This document shows, piece by piece, positions 46,539 through 55,894 of a DNA stretch of 64,000 nucleotides. How positions within the stretch are numbered: position 1 is the first letter of the stretch; every line of letters begins with the position of its first letter. The notes below the pieces were generated by a model that searched no databases, was not told the origin of the DNA, and saw only the letters and a program-made list of their open reading frames with translations. Source of the DNA: a virus; the IMG/VR virus record IMGVR_UViG_3300047160_015156, positions 1-64,000 of that record; one strand, written 5' to 3'. A program made the translations under genes and the position numbers.

Positions 46539-48539
46539 ATGATCGATGACGTCTTTGGACCCGAGGGGATTCTGTCGAAGCAGTTCGAGGGATATGCCCC
46601 GAGAAAGGGGCAGGTCGACATGGCTCGCGCGGTGGCCGCGGGCATCACCGGCCGACGTCACGTCATCGCCGAAGGTCCCACGGGCACGGGAAAGAGCCTC
46701 GCCTATCTCGTACCCGCGATCGACTGGGCGACGCGACCGCGCGAAAACGAGCCCTCTCGTCACGAGCCACGTCGGGTCATCGTCGTCACCGGGAACATCG
46801 CTCTCCAGGAACAGCTCGTGACGAAGGATCTTCCCCTGCTTCAGGGTCTCCTTCCACGGGCTTTCAACTTCACCCTACAGAAGGGTCGCAACAACTACCT
46901 CTGTCACGATGCCGTCAACAAGTACCTCGCCGGCAACGCGGCCGCTCGCCACGAGCCTCAGATGGAGCGACTTTTGGCGTGGGCTCAGGAGACGAAGACG
47001 GGTGACGTTTCCGAGTTCCCGGAGACCCCCGCACCGATGCTCTGGAAACAACTCAGTGTCAGCTCCGACCAGTGCAAAGGTTCGTCCTGCAAGTACCACG
47101 AGCAGTGCTTCGCGGAGGTCGCTAAACGGAGCATGGTGTCGGCGAACGTGGTGGTGACGAACTACCACCTTTTCTTCGCTCACCTTCTCGTGCGGGCGAA
47201 GATGCGGGAGCTCCAGGCAAAGGGGGCGCCGGTGAATCTGGACATCGTCCTTCCCCCCGCGGGCGTGGTCGTTTTCGACGAAGCCCACAAGGCGGCGGAC
47301 ATTGCTCGCGACTTCCTCGGTTTCCAGATCTCGAAGGGTTCGATCGAGTGGCTGGTTCGGGGTTTTCGCCACGAGCTCGCGGACGAGATCCGGAGGGCAT
47401 CGGACGCGTTCTTTGCCGATCTCCTCGAGCACAAACGCTCGAAGCTCTACAAGTCGCGGCTCAAGGCGGGACAACCGGTCCAGGGTCAAGCGTTGGCGGA
47501 TCTCCTCCTTCGTGTTGGCGACGTCTACAAGCACCACGCGAACGCCGCGGCGTGGTCTCAGGATGAGCGTGCCGAGCTCGAGATGAGGGCACGACGGTCC
47601 TATACCCTCAGCGACCAGATTCTCACGGCGATGGCTCCGGAGAAGAACCCACAAGCGGTCTACTTCATCGAGGAGAGTTTCGGGGGAACGGGCTCCAAGG
47701 GGCCGGGGAACCTGACCAAGTCCTCGTGTGTGCTCAAGAGCAAGCCGATCGAGGTCAACGACTGGCTCGAAAGGGAGCTTTTCAATGAGTATCCGACGGT
47801 CGTGGTGACGAGCGCGACCTTGTCCACGGGCAACGGTTCGGGCTCGTTCGAGTTCGTGAAGAAAGACATCGGGTTGAAACAGGCGGACGAGATCATCGCG
47901 GAATCACCGTTCAAGTGGCGTGACCAGGTCTTGTTCGTGGTGCCGTCGACGATGGTGGACGCGAAGGATTACATGAACTTTGCCGGCGCAGCGGCCAACC
48001 ACGTCGCCGACGTCGCGCGCGCGAGTCGTGGACGCATGCTGGGTCTATTCACCTCGTACAAGGGCATGGACGCGGCCGCGCAGGCTTGCCGCGGGCTCCC
48101 TTTCAAGGTCCTCACCCAGAAGGATGGACCGCGGACGCAGCTCGTTCAGAAGTTCAAGGCGGACGTGAGCTCGTGTCTCCTAGGGTGTGAGAGCTTCTGG
48201 GCCGGTGTGGACGTTCCCGGCGAATCTCTGTCCTGCGTGGTCATCGACCGCCTCCCGTTCCCGACCCCCGATGACCCAATCGTCGACGCCATCGCGGAGA
48301 AGGATTCGAAGTGGTTTTTCAACTACGCGATTCCACGCGCGATCATCCAACTGAAACAGGGGTTCGGGCGTCTCATCCGCACCACCTCGGACCGGGGTGT
48401 GGTGGTGTGCTTGGATCGACGCATTACGGAATCTTCCTATGGGCGCTCGTTCATCGCCGCGCTCCCGCGTGGGATCGGGTTTTCGAAGAAGATGAAGTCG
48501 ATCGACCGTTTCTTCTCGGCGGCATCTTCTCCGGCGTGA
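46539..48539 (+). CDS. dinG: DinG/YoaA-family Fe-S helicase
   Basis: EGPTGTGKSLAYLVP, KGRNNYLC, DEAH, TSATL, FWAGVDVPG, QGFGRLIR. Confidence 0.92.
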   Translation: MIDDVFGPEGILSKQFEGYAPRKGQVDMARAVAAGITGRRHVIAEGPTGTGKSLAYLVPAIDWATRPRENEPSRHEPRRVIVVTGNIALQEQLVTKDLPLLQGLLPRAFNFTLQKGRNNYLCHDAVNKYLAGNAAARHEPQMERLLAWAQETKTGDVSEFPETPAPMLWKQLSVSSDQCKGSSCKYHEQCFAEVAKRSMVSANVVVTNYHLFFAHLLVRAKMRELQAKGAPVNLDIVLPPAGVVVFDEAHKAADIARDFLGFQISKGSIEWLVRGFRHELADEIRRASDAFFADLLEHKRSKLYKSRLKAGQPVQGQALADLLLRVGDVYKHHANAAAWSQDERAELEMRARRSYTLSDQILTAMAPEKNPQAVYFIEESFGGTGSKGPGNLTKSSCVLKSKPIEVNDWLERELFNEYPTVVVTSATLSTGNGSGSFEFVKKDIGLKQADEIIAESPFKWRDQVLFVVPSTMVDAKDYMNFAGAAANHVADVARASRGRMLGLFTSYKGMDAAAQACRGLPFKVLTQKDGPRTQLVQKFKADVSSCLLGCESFWAGVDVPGESLSCVVIDRLPFPTPDDPIVDAIAEKDSKWFFNYAIPRAIIQLKQGFGRLIRTTSDRGVVVCLDRRITESSYGRSFIAALPRGIGFSKKMKSIDRFFSAASSPA

Positions 48540-49018
48540 GCACACGAGAGTCGAGGATTACAGGCCTCCGTTCCGATGGGCACGTGAGGCCGTTTCGTTT
48601 GGCGGAGGACATGGGTATCGCCCAAGGGACGCTGAAGCGCTGGCTCCATGAGGGTATGCCGGCGGAGCGGATCAACAAGCACGACGTCTGGATCGATCCA
48701 ACGGCCGCTAAGGCTTGGATCGAGGAGCGCTTCAAGGGGAAGAAGACGATCGCGTTCGGGCGTCACGCGGTCGTGTACTTCGCCAAGCGCGAGGACGGGA
48801 AGATCAAGATCGGGTGGACCTCGGACGTCATGCGCCGGATCTTCGAGCTCCGGAAGTACATGCGATGCGCCGTGGAGCTCATGGCCTGCTTTCCGGGGAA
48901 CAAGAGGACGGAAAACAGTCTCCATCGGCGTTTCTCCACGGTTCCTCATGAGAGGGAATGGTACGAGCCGGATGCTGTCCTCCTGAGCTTCATCGAACAG
49001 ATCGGGGGGATGTCATGA
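48536..49018 (+). CDS. HTH + GIY-YIG (T5orf172-like) protein
   Basis: LAEDMGIAQGTLKRWLHEGMP; VYFA...IKIGWT..V.RRI.EL...ENSLHRRF...EWY. Confidence 0.75.
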   Translation: MSTRESRITGLRSDGHVRPFRLAEDMGIAQGTLKRWLHEGMPAERINKHDVWIDPTAAKAWIEERFKGKKTIAFGRHAVVYFAKREDGKIKIGWTSDVMRRIFELRKYMRCAVELMACFPGNKRTENSLHRRFSTVPHEREWYEPDAVLLSFIEQIGGMS

Positions 49019-49734
49019 AGGTGACGGTCACATCAGATTGGCACCCTGATCACACCACACACGGTGTGCCTCGATTCAAGGACGTGGCGGAGGCGGTCCA
49101 TGCCTCTGTGGACTACGCGATCGCGGAGGACGCGGACGCTTACGTTTTTGCTGGTGACCTCTGCGACCCCGATGCAGGTTCGGTCGTGTTCCGGTGTGTG
49201 GAACTTGCGATCGCGGCCAGGACGAGGCTCGAGGAGCGAGGAATCTGGTCAATCTGGGTGGCCGGGAATCACGACGTCATCGAAGACGGTTCGGGGGATA
49301 CGACGTTGTCCCCCCTTCGAGCTCTCGGTGGACGAACGAAGGTCTTCGAGTCGCCGGGCATTCTACGCATCCTCGATCGAGGAGATCTCACGATCATCGG
49401 GTTGCCGTTCACGGCGACGACGCGGGGATATGACGTCAAGAAGGCGATCGAAACCCTCGGGACGCAGGCGGAGGGTCCGAAGCATACGCGCATGTGCGTT
49501 GCGCACTTGAATATTGAAGGTGTCGTTCCTGGGGAGGAATCTACGGAGATGCCGAGGGGACGAGAGGTGTTTCTTCCGGTTGCTGAGGCGAAAGCCATAG
49601 CGAGACACGTCGTGTGTGGTCACTACCATCGACAGCAACTGACAGAGGACAAGGTGTGGATCCCGGGTTCGCTCGCGCGGCTCACGTTCGGCGAGGAAGG
49701 GAACGTTCCCTCTTTCCTCTGCATGAGGTTCTGA
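49015..49734 (+). CDS. sbcD: SbcD/Mre11-like metallophosphoesterase (nuclease domain only)
   Basis: SDWH, AGDL, AGNHD, GHYH, PGSL...FGE. Confidence 0.85.
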   Translation: MKVTVTSDWHPDHTTHGVPRFKDVAEAVHASVDYAIAEDADAYVFAGDLCDPDAGSVVFRCVELAIAARTRLEERGIWSIWVAGNHDVIEDGSGDTTLSPLRALGGRTKVFESPGILRILDRGDLTIIGLPFTATTRGYDVKKAIETLGTQAEGPKHTRMCVAHLNIEGVVPGEESTEMPRGREVFLPVAEAKAIARHVVCGHYHRQQLTEDKVWIPGSLARLTFGEEGNVPSFLCMRF

Positions 49735-50135
49735 TGGCAAGGTCGAAGGCGAATCCGCTCGCGGTCGTGACGCAGACGGAGGTGGATGTCATCCGCCTCA
49801 AGGATCCGCGCCTGCTCTTCTCGCCGGCGTTTCGGGAACCTCAGATCGACGTGAACTACCAAGGCGCGATCGTTCGGCTTCAGCCTCCAATCGACGCAAC
49901 GGATGAGGACATCGCTCGTGTGACCCGTGCTTGGGCGCAAAGGGGGGTTGCGCGCGTCATCGTTCTCCCAAGGCCCAAGGCTGCACTCGTGCCTGAAAAG
50001 GCCGCGCGTGAGGCGCCTGCGCAGGCTTACGGGGCACGGGAAGCCGTACTCTCGCTCGTGGCCGAATCCAACTCCCGCGATCGCGACGCTCTTCAACGTC
50101 TCTGCGAGAAGATCATGGGGGAGGCGGGTCTATGA
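49734..50135 (+). CDS. Hypothetical protein, probably a separated SbcD C-terminal domain
   Basis: TGATG coupling to sbcD and ATGA coupling to sbcC; GAIVRL strand and C-terminal helices. Confidence 0.5.
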   Translation: MARSKANPLAVVTQTEVDVIRLKDPRLLFSPAFREPQIDVNYQGAIVRLQPPIDATDEDIARVTRAWAQRGVARVIVLPRPKAALVPEKAAREAPAQAYGAREAVLSLVAESNSRDRDALQRLCEKIMGEAGL

Positions 50136-52105
50136 GGTTGTCCTACCTGAAACTGAGGGACTTCGGATGCTTCCGCGGGGAGCATGTCCTCGAGCTCGGG
50201 AACAAGGCCTACGGCATCTTTGCCCAGCTCCGCGGTGACGCCGAGCGTTCCAACTGGCTTGGGAAGAGCACGCTTTGCAAAAGCGTCTACTTCGCCCTCT
50301 ACGGAGAGCATGATCATCGGTACGATGACGACATCATCTCTCGCGGCGAACCCTCGGGAGAGGTGGAGCTCGGCTTTGATGAGGAGTACATCGTTCGGCG
50401 CTCGCGCCAGCGGGGGAAGCGGACGACCCTCTACTTCGAGGGACCGGAACGAGAGACGGCGATGCAGGACGAGGCCCAGCTCTGGATCGAAAAGGTCCTG
50501 GGGATGGGGAAGGAGGACTTCCGCGCCACCTGCTACTTCGAGCAGCGACAGATGGCTCGTTTCATTCTCACGGAGCCGTCGACGCGGATGAAGATGGTGT
50601 CGGCCTGGTTCCGCCTCGGCCCGCTCGAGACCTGCGAAGCCCTCGTGAGAAAGCAAGGCACGATGTTCGAGGACGCAGCGATCAAGATCGAAGGTCACTT
50701 TGCGGCCATGGACCGGCGAGCTTGCGAGATTGCGCAGGCGTATGGGTGGGAGGAGCATCCACCCTCTCCTGAGGGGTTGCGAGCGGACCTCGAGCTCGCG
50801 ATCGCGACGACGGCGAAGGAGCTCGAGGAGAAGATGGGACGCGTGGGCGCGCTTGAGGACAATCTTGAGAAAAACGCGAAGCTCATGGCGGGGAAGTCCA
50901 AGGTCCAGGACTTCGACCAGATCGTAACGGACGGGAAGAAGACGAAGGAGGAGCTCGAGAAGTTCAAGCTCCCAGTGCTGAAGACGGCGTGGGAGGAGGC
51001 ATCGAAGAAGGCGTCGACGGCACTTGCGGATCTTCGCGTATGCACCGATGAGGCTCGAAAGAAGTCCGAACTCGCGCGCGGGCAGTTCGATGGCGCTTGC
51101 CCCGTGGCCCGCATTCAGTGTCCTGCCCGAGCGCAGATCAACGAGGACCGGAAGACGAACGTGGAGGTACACGCGGCTGCGGAGGAGGCGAGGAAGAAGA
51201 GTGTCGTCGAATACGAAACCCTGAACGCGGAGGCGACTTCGCTTCGGGGGAACCTGGACATGGGGACCAGGCTAGAGGCCCGACTCCTCGCCCTTAGGGA
51301 TCAGGCGAAGAAGATGACCGCGGACGTCAAGGCGGCGAAGGAAGCGCCCGAGCCGGCGGACCCGGCACATCTTCGAGCTCAACTCGAGCAAGCGCGGTCG
51401 GAGCTTCTCGAGGTGAAGGGGAAGCATGAGCGTTTGAAGGGATGGGCCGCGGAACTCGACGCTGCGGAAGTGACGAAGAAGACGCTCTCGGAGAAGCGAG
51501 AGGAGATCGCGCGCGCTCTCGGTGTCTGCCGCGAAGGCGCGGTCATCTTCGGCAAGGGTGGAGCGCAGCGGCGTGTCGCTGAGTCGGCGCTCACCCAGAT
51601 TCAGGACATGGCAAACGAGGCGCTTCGTGAGTGTGGAGCGAACCTTCGAGTCGACGCGCGGTGGTCGCGAGAGGGCAAGGACATTGCCTCAGCTTGCGAT
51701 ACATGCGGGAATCCCTTCCCCAAGTCCGCGCGCGTGAAGACGTGCGAGCGTTGCGGCGCCGCTCGAGGGAACAAGCTCGAGAACAAACTCGACATCGTCC
51801 TCAGCGATCGATCGGGCGCGGCGGAGGACCTCGCCGGCGGATTCCTTCAGCTCGCGGCGTCGCGGTGGCTGCGCGAGGAACGGGGGACGTCGTGGTCCAT
51901 GGCGATGCTGGACGAGCCTTTCGGTGCCCTGGACGCCGCTCATCGCAAGGGCTTCGGCTCACACCTCGCGACCATGCTTTCTTCAAAGTATGGATTCGAC
52001 CAATCGTTCGTTGTTGCTCATCATTCCAGTGTTTTGGATTCACTTCCTGGAAGGATTCTCATCGAAAGTGATGGTGGCTGGTCCGTGCCGAAGGTGATCG
52101 CGTAG
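50132..52105 (+). CDS. sbcC: SbcC/Rad50-like SMC ATPase
   Basis: LRDFGCF, NWLGKST, FEQ, coiled coil, MLDEPFGALD, VVAH. Confidence 0.9.
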   Translation: MRLSYLKLRDFGCFRGEHVLELGNKAYGIFAQLRGDAERSNWLGKSTLCKSVYFALYGEHDHRYDDDIISRGEPSGEVELGFDEEYIVRRSRQRGKRTTLYFEGPERETAMQDEAQLWIEKVLGMGKEDFRATCYFEQRQMARFILTEPSTRMKMVSAWFRLGPLETCEALVRKQGTMFEDAAIKIEGHFAAMDRRACEIAQAYGWEEHPPSPEGLRADLELAIATTAKELEEKMGRVGALEDNLEKNAKLMAGKSKVQDFDQIVTDGKKTKEELEKFKLPVLKTAWEEASKKASTALADLRVCTDEARKKSELARGQFDGACPVARIQCPARAQINEDRKTNVEVHAAAEEARKKSVVEYETLNAEATSLRGNLDMGTRLEARLLALRDQAKKMTADVKAAKEAPEPADPAHLRAQLEQARSELLEVKGKHERLKGWAAELDAAEVTKKTLSEKREEIARALGVCREGAVIFGKGGAQRRVAESALTQIQDMANEALRECGANLRVDARWSREGKDIASACDTCGNPFPKSARVKTCERCGAARGNKLENKLDIVLSDRSGAAEDLAGGFLQLAASRWLREERGTSWSMAMLDEPFGALDAAHRKGFGSHLATMLSSKYGFDQSFVVAHHSSVLDSLPGRILIESDGGWSVPKVIA

Positions 52106-52148
52106 TGGCGCCTCCGAAGATTGTCTAAAGAAGCGGCATCCTCCGCTT

Positions 52149-52382
52149 ATGGACCAACAGACTGACCCGATCATGCAGTTTTTTGCGTACGAACATCTAC
52201 CGGAGAAACTCCAGGCGATTTCGAAACCGTTCGGCGACCTCGCGAAGGCGCTCGTCGGAGTGAACGCGAACCCGGAGAACGGGATCCCGGCACTTGTGCC
52301 GCGCAATGCGGAGCGCACTGTTGCTCTCCGCAAGCTTCTCGAGGCGAAAGACGCGGCCGTCCGCGCTTCGATCGCGAAGTAG
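52149..52382 (+). CDS. Hypothetical phage protein
   Basis: MQFFAYEHLP.KLQ.ISKPF...ERTVALRKLLEAKD; no SD, preceded by the promoter motif. Confidence 0.75.
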   Translation: MDQQTDPIMQFFAYEHLPEKLQAISKPFGDLAKALVGVNANPENGIPALVPRNAERTVALRKLLEAKDAAVRASIAK

Positions 52383-52384
52383 CC

Positions 52385-52939
52385 GTGGGAGTCCAAGGCC
52401 GTCCCAAGGGAAACCGCGCTGAGATCGAGATCGCCAAGAGCCTCAAGGCGTGGTGGTCACCATTCGAGGCCGCGGAGTTCGTCCGTACCCCTCTGAGCGG
52501 GGGGTGGGGCGGCAAGGACCTACGAGCGGGCTTTCGGGCGAGCGGGGACGTGATGACGACCTCGCTCCGATTCCCGTTCACCGTCGAGATCAAGCGCCGC
52601 GAGGGATGGTCTTGGGTGAACCTGATGAGGGGGTGGCGTAGCCCTGTCTGGGGTTACTGGCGCCAGGCGATTGCGCAGGCGAAAGAGATGGGCGGGACAC
52701 CCCTGCTCTTCCTCCGTCGGAACCGAGAGGAGTGGAGCGTCATGCTTCCCCTTCGTTCGGGCATCGATTCCACGGCTATCACCTCGGAGAAGTGGGTCGC
52801 GGTATGGCTCGAATCCGAGCTCAAGACCAAGGGTGTGGACATCGGCGGTCTCTTGCCGGGGATCGTGCGCGCGAAGGACTTCTTCAAGACGTCGCCGCAC
52901 GTGTGGACCCTCGTGGCGCCGATCTTTCCCGCGCCCTAG
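52385..52939 (+). CDS. Holliday junction resolvase (PD-(D/E)XK, Hjc-like)
   Basis: KGNRAE, RTPLSGG, GD, VEIKRRE, WRQA. Confidence 0.8.
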   Translation: MGVQGRPKGNRAEIEIAKSLKAWWSPFEAAEFVRTPLSGGWGGKDLRAGFRASGDVMTTSLRFPFTVEIKRREGWSWVNLMRGWRSPVWGYWRQAIAQAKEMGGTPLLFLRRNREEWSVMLPLRSGIDSTAITSEKWVAVWLESELKTKGVDIGGLLPGIVRAKDFFKTSPHVWTLVAPIFPAP

Positions 52940-52947
52940 GCTCGTGC

Positions 52948-53499
52948 ATGGCGCGAAAGAAGAACACCGCCGCGGCGCTCGCGCCGGCGGCGAATGACTC
53001 CGCACCGCTCGCGAAGATCGCGAAGCAGTCCTACAAGATCGTCCCCATCGACTCGATCCAGAATCACCCCAAGAACTACAAGGAGGGTGATGTCGACGCG
53101 ATCGGAGAATCTGTCGAGAGGAACGACTTCTACGGCGCGTGTGTGGTCCAGAAGAGCACGGGTTTCGTTCTCGTCGGAAACCATCGTCGAATCTCGGCGA
53201 AGGTGAAGGGAATGAAGGAGCTCCCGGTCATCATCATCGACTGCGACGATGCGACGGCGGAGCGGATCATGCTTGTGGACAACCGGACGGCCCAGCTCGG
53301 ATCGAACAACACCCTCGCTCTCCACATGCTTCTCGAGGACCAGGCGAAACGGGATCGTGGGCTCGTCGGAACCGGGTATGACGAAGCCGACCTGAACCGC
53401 CTACGCGAACGAGCAAAGGCTCCGGTCGAAGTTCCGAAGCCACCGGAGAGTGTGATGAGACACACCTACACATGCCCCAAGTGCGGTCATCAGTCCTGA
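52948..53499 (+). CDS. ParB/Srx N-terminal-domain protein with a C-terminal Zn knuckle
   Basis: IVPIDSIQNHPKN, VGNHR, LVDNRTA, CPKCG. Confidence 0.8.
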   Translation: MARKKNTAAALAPAANDSAPLAKIAKQSYKIVPIDSIQNHPKNYKEGDVDAIGESVERNDFYGACVVQKSTGFVLVGNHRRISAKVKGMKELPVIIIDCDDATAERIMLVDNRTAQLGSNNTLALHMLLEDQAKRDRGLVGTGYDEADLNRLRERAKAPVEVPKPPESVMRHTYTCPKCGHQS

Positions 53500-53518
53500 C
53501 GCGGCATCCTTCGATCAC

Positions 53519-53935
53519 ATGCTCTCAGACAGGGCGAAGAAGTGGGTTCGAGGGAAGCTCGAGAAGTGGGCCGGGACCTTCTATGATGGTCCGCGACCAC
53601 CGGATCGACTTCGCGACCAGGTCCTCATCTTCGCCAACATGAACCCACATGCGACCCGGCAGGACTGGGTGGACTTCGCATCGGGGTTCGCGGAGTCAGT
53701 CTTCGAGGCCGCTTACATCAGGGGCGTGGAATGGGCGGAGCGCGATCCTCAGGTGCAGGAGCAGGAGAACGTTCCCCCGGACGTCATCGCCGACCAGATC
53801 GACGGAGGCGCCTGGCGTTTCGGAGCCCCGGTCATCCTCGAGTTCCCTGATGGCATCGTGCCGGAGACGGTCGACGAAGCTCAGGTGATTCGAGACCAGA
53901 TGGAAGAAGCGAACCGCCGTGGGAGGCTGCGATGA
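53519..53935 (+). CDS. Hypothetical protein
   Basis: No SD; preceded by the promoter motif. Confidence 0.65.
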   Translation: MLSDRAKKWVRGKLEKWAGTFYDGPRPPDRLRDQVLIFANMNPHATRQDWVDFASGFAESVFEAAYIRGVEWAERDPQVQEQENVPPDVIADQIDGGAWRFGAPVILEFPDGIVPETVDEAQVIRDQMEEANRRGRLR

Positions 53936-54318
53936 ACGAGTACGATGATGATCTCTTTTTCCGGGATCTGGTCACGCGCAAGGCGGTGGTGCTGAACCAC
54001 CCCTGTCAGGTCGTGGGCAAGGCGGAGAAGTACTGGGATGGGGAGGAGGACGTCTATTACTCCCCTACGAATCAGTCGCCGGTCAAACATCCGGTCCTCG
54101 AGCTCTCGAACGGGAATGCGCTCCTCGCTCTCCGTGGAAACTGGCAAGAGCTCACGGGTGCCGGCGAACGGCTCTACTCCTCGATGGTGGTGGGGGTTGC
54201 TGCCCTCGTGAAGGTGTCGGCCCGGAACGCGTCAGCGCAGGGGATGGAGCTCGAGACAGGCATCGCGATCATGACTTCGATCCTTCGCGCGCAAGCGGCG
54301 GCATTGGAGAAGCGATGA
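53932..54318 (+). CDS. Hypothetical protein
   Basis: ATGA overlap, SD GGAGG. Confidence 0.65.
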   Translation: MNEYDDDLFFRDLVTRKAVVLNHPCQVVGKAEKYWDGEEDVYYSPTNQSPVKHPVLELSNGNALLALRGNWQELTGAGERLYSSMVVGVAALVKVSARNASAQGMELETGIAIMTSILRAQAAALEKR

Positions 54319-54599
54319 ACATCCCTCGTTCCCCCCACGTTGACCGGGCAATGGCCGTTCACAATGCGACTGCGAATCTCGTGGAGTCCTATGGGCGGTT
54401 GCTCACGGATCTCGCGGCGGAGAACCACGCCCTACGCGCCGAGCTCACGACGATGAAGGTCCAGGGAGAGCAGCTCCTCAAGAACAAGGACGAGCAGCTC
54501 CTTCGTTTGAAAGAGCAGATCGCGGCCCTCACTCCGATCGTCCCACCGGAGGCATCGGCCCCCGATTCCTTCCGCTCTCCCGGCAGTGAAGAAGCCTGA
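54315..54599 (+). CDS. Hypothetical coiled-coil protein
   Basis: ATGA overlap. Confidence 0.6.
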   Translation: MNIPRSPHVDRAMAVHNATANLVESYGRLLTDLAAENHALRAELTTMKVQGEQLLKNKDEQLLRLKEQIAALTPIVPPEASAPDSFRSPGSEEA

Positions 54600-54933
54600 T
54601 CTTCCGGAGGTCGTCGAGCTCGACGACATGACGTCTGCGAACGTACGCGGTGCCTACGTCGTTCGATTCGGACCTAAGTGCGCGGCTTGGCTCTGCAAAG
54701 AGTTCAAGCACATCGTCAAGAAGTACGGTGCTTTCGCGCTTCACCGGGGACCGGAAGACGAAGTTCCGCCGTGGCTTCAGATCGCTCTCGACTACCTACG
54801 TGACTACGCTCGGAAGTGGACGGTCCTCAAGAAGACCGAGCCGGACGGTCATGTTCGCTACCGCGTGATCTGGCTTTGCCATCGGCCGTACCGCTGGCTT
54901 CCGGATTCGATTCGGCGCATCGGCAAGGCATGA
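54586..54933 (+). CDS. Hypothetical protein
   Basis: Tightly packed ORF. Confidence 0.55.
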   Translation: MKKPDLPEVVELDDMTSANVRGAYVVRFGPKCAAWLCKEFKHIVKKYGAFALHRGPEDEVPPWLQIALDYLRDYARKWTVLKKTEPDGHVRYRVIWLCHRPYRWLPDSIRRIGKA

Positions 54934-55163
54934 CCACGTATTCGCCGCAGTGGGCGCCTCACATCGTGGGTGAGTTCGAACCTCCCACCACCGATGAGAG
55001 GGGCAGACCCGAGCCCAACAAGGTCCGCATGCGATGCGGCATTTGTAAGGCAACACATCAGACCACCTGCTATTCGGGCGCACCGAGGCAATGGGTGCTG
55101 AAGTTCGCGGTCGTCCATGCACATCGTGACCCGCTCGCACTGGAAAAGGAGAAAAAGGGATGA
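54930..55163 (+). CDS. Small Zn-finger-like protein
   Basis: CGIC...C...H.H; ATGA overlaps at both ends. Confidence 0.6.
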   Translation: MTTYSPQWAPHIVGEFEPPTTDERGRPEPNKVRMRCGICKATHQTTCYSGAPRQWVLKFAVVHAHRDPLALEKEKKG

Positions 55164-55804
55164 ACATCATCGGAGTCTGCGGACAAGCGGGAGCGGGCAA
55201 GGACACGATCGCGGACTTCCTCGTGAAGGATCACAAGTTCGTGAAGCTCTCCTTCGCGGACCCTTTGAAACGGATCTGTCATGACGTCTTCGACTTCTCG
55301 GAGGAGCAGCTCTGGGGTCCGTCGTCGGCGAGGAACGCGGAGGACAAGCGATACCCGCGCTCCCCCTTTGGCTCGGAGAAGGTCACGGAGTTCCTGACCC
55401 CGCGCTACGCGCTTCAGCGGCTCGGCACGGAGTTTGGACGCGACTGCTACGCGCCGATATGGGTGGAGCTCGCGATCCGCCAGGCGAAGACGATTCTCGA
55501 ACAGAACGTCTCCTACGACCGTGTTCGAGGCATCATCCCGAACCTCATGGGACCGAAGCGCGGCGTCGTGATCCCCGACGTCAGGTTCCGAAACGAGCTT
55601 GAGGCCATCAAGGCGGCGGGAGGAAAGGTCGTGCGCGTCGTTCGGCCAGGTGCCGGGCTCGAGGGTGCGGCCGCACTTCACCCGAGTGAAGTGGAGATGC
55701 AGTCGATCCCGGATTCGGACTTCGACCGCGTGATCGTCAACAACGGTTCGCTTCAGGACCTCAAGACCAAGGTGCTCGTCACTCGCACCTATCTTTGTCC
55801 CTGA
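55160..55804 (+). CDS. Deoxynucleoside monophosphate kinase
   Basis: GQAGAGKDT, FADPLK, TPR.ALQRLGTE.GR, PDVRF.NE, HPSE. Confidence 0.92.
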   Translation: MNIIGVCGQAGAGKDTIADFLVKDHKFVKLSFADPLKRICHDVFDFSEEQLWGPSSARNAEDKRYPRSPFGSEKVTEFLTPRYALQRLGTEFGRDCYAPIWVELAIRQAKTILEQNVSYDRVRGIIPNLMGPKRGVVIPDVRFRNELEAIKAAGGKVVRVVRPGAGLEGAAALHPSEVEMQSIPDSDFDRVIVNNGSLQDLKTKVLVTRTYLCP

Positions 55805-55894
55805 GTCGTTTTTCTCTTCACTCCATCAGGAAAAGGGACTACAAAAGAGGTGCAGCGGCGGTGCGGAACCGGCGCTGGAACCGAGGAGATTCCC

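Noticed and set aside
46539-48539. DinG as part of a type IV CRISPR system
   Set aside because: No cas/csf genes or repeat-spacer array are present, and the context is replication and recombination.
55817-55845. Sigma-70-like promoter TTCACT-17-TACAAA before the DUF932-like gene
   Set aside because: The spacing is right but both hexamers are weak matches, so it is not supportable without TSS data.
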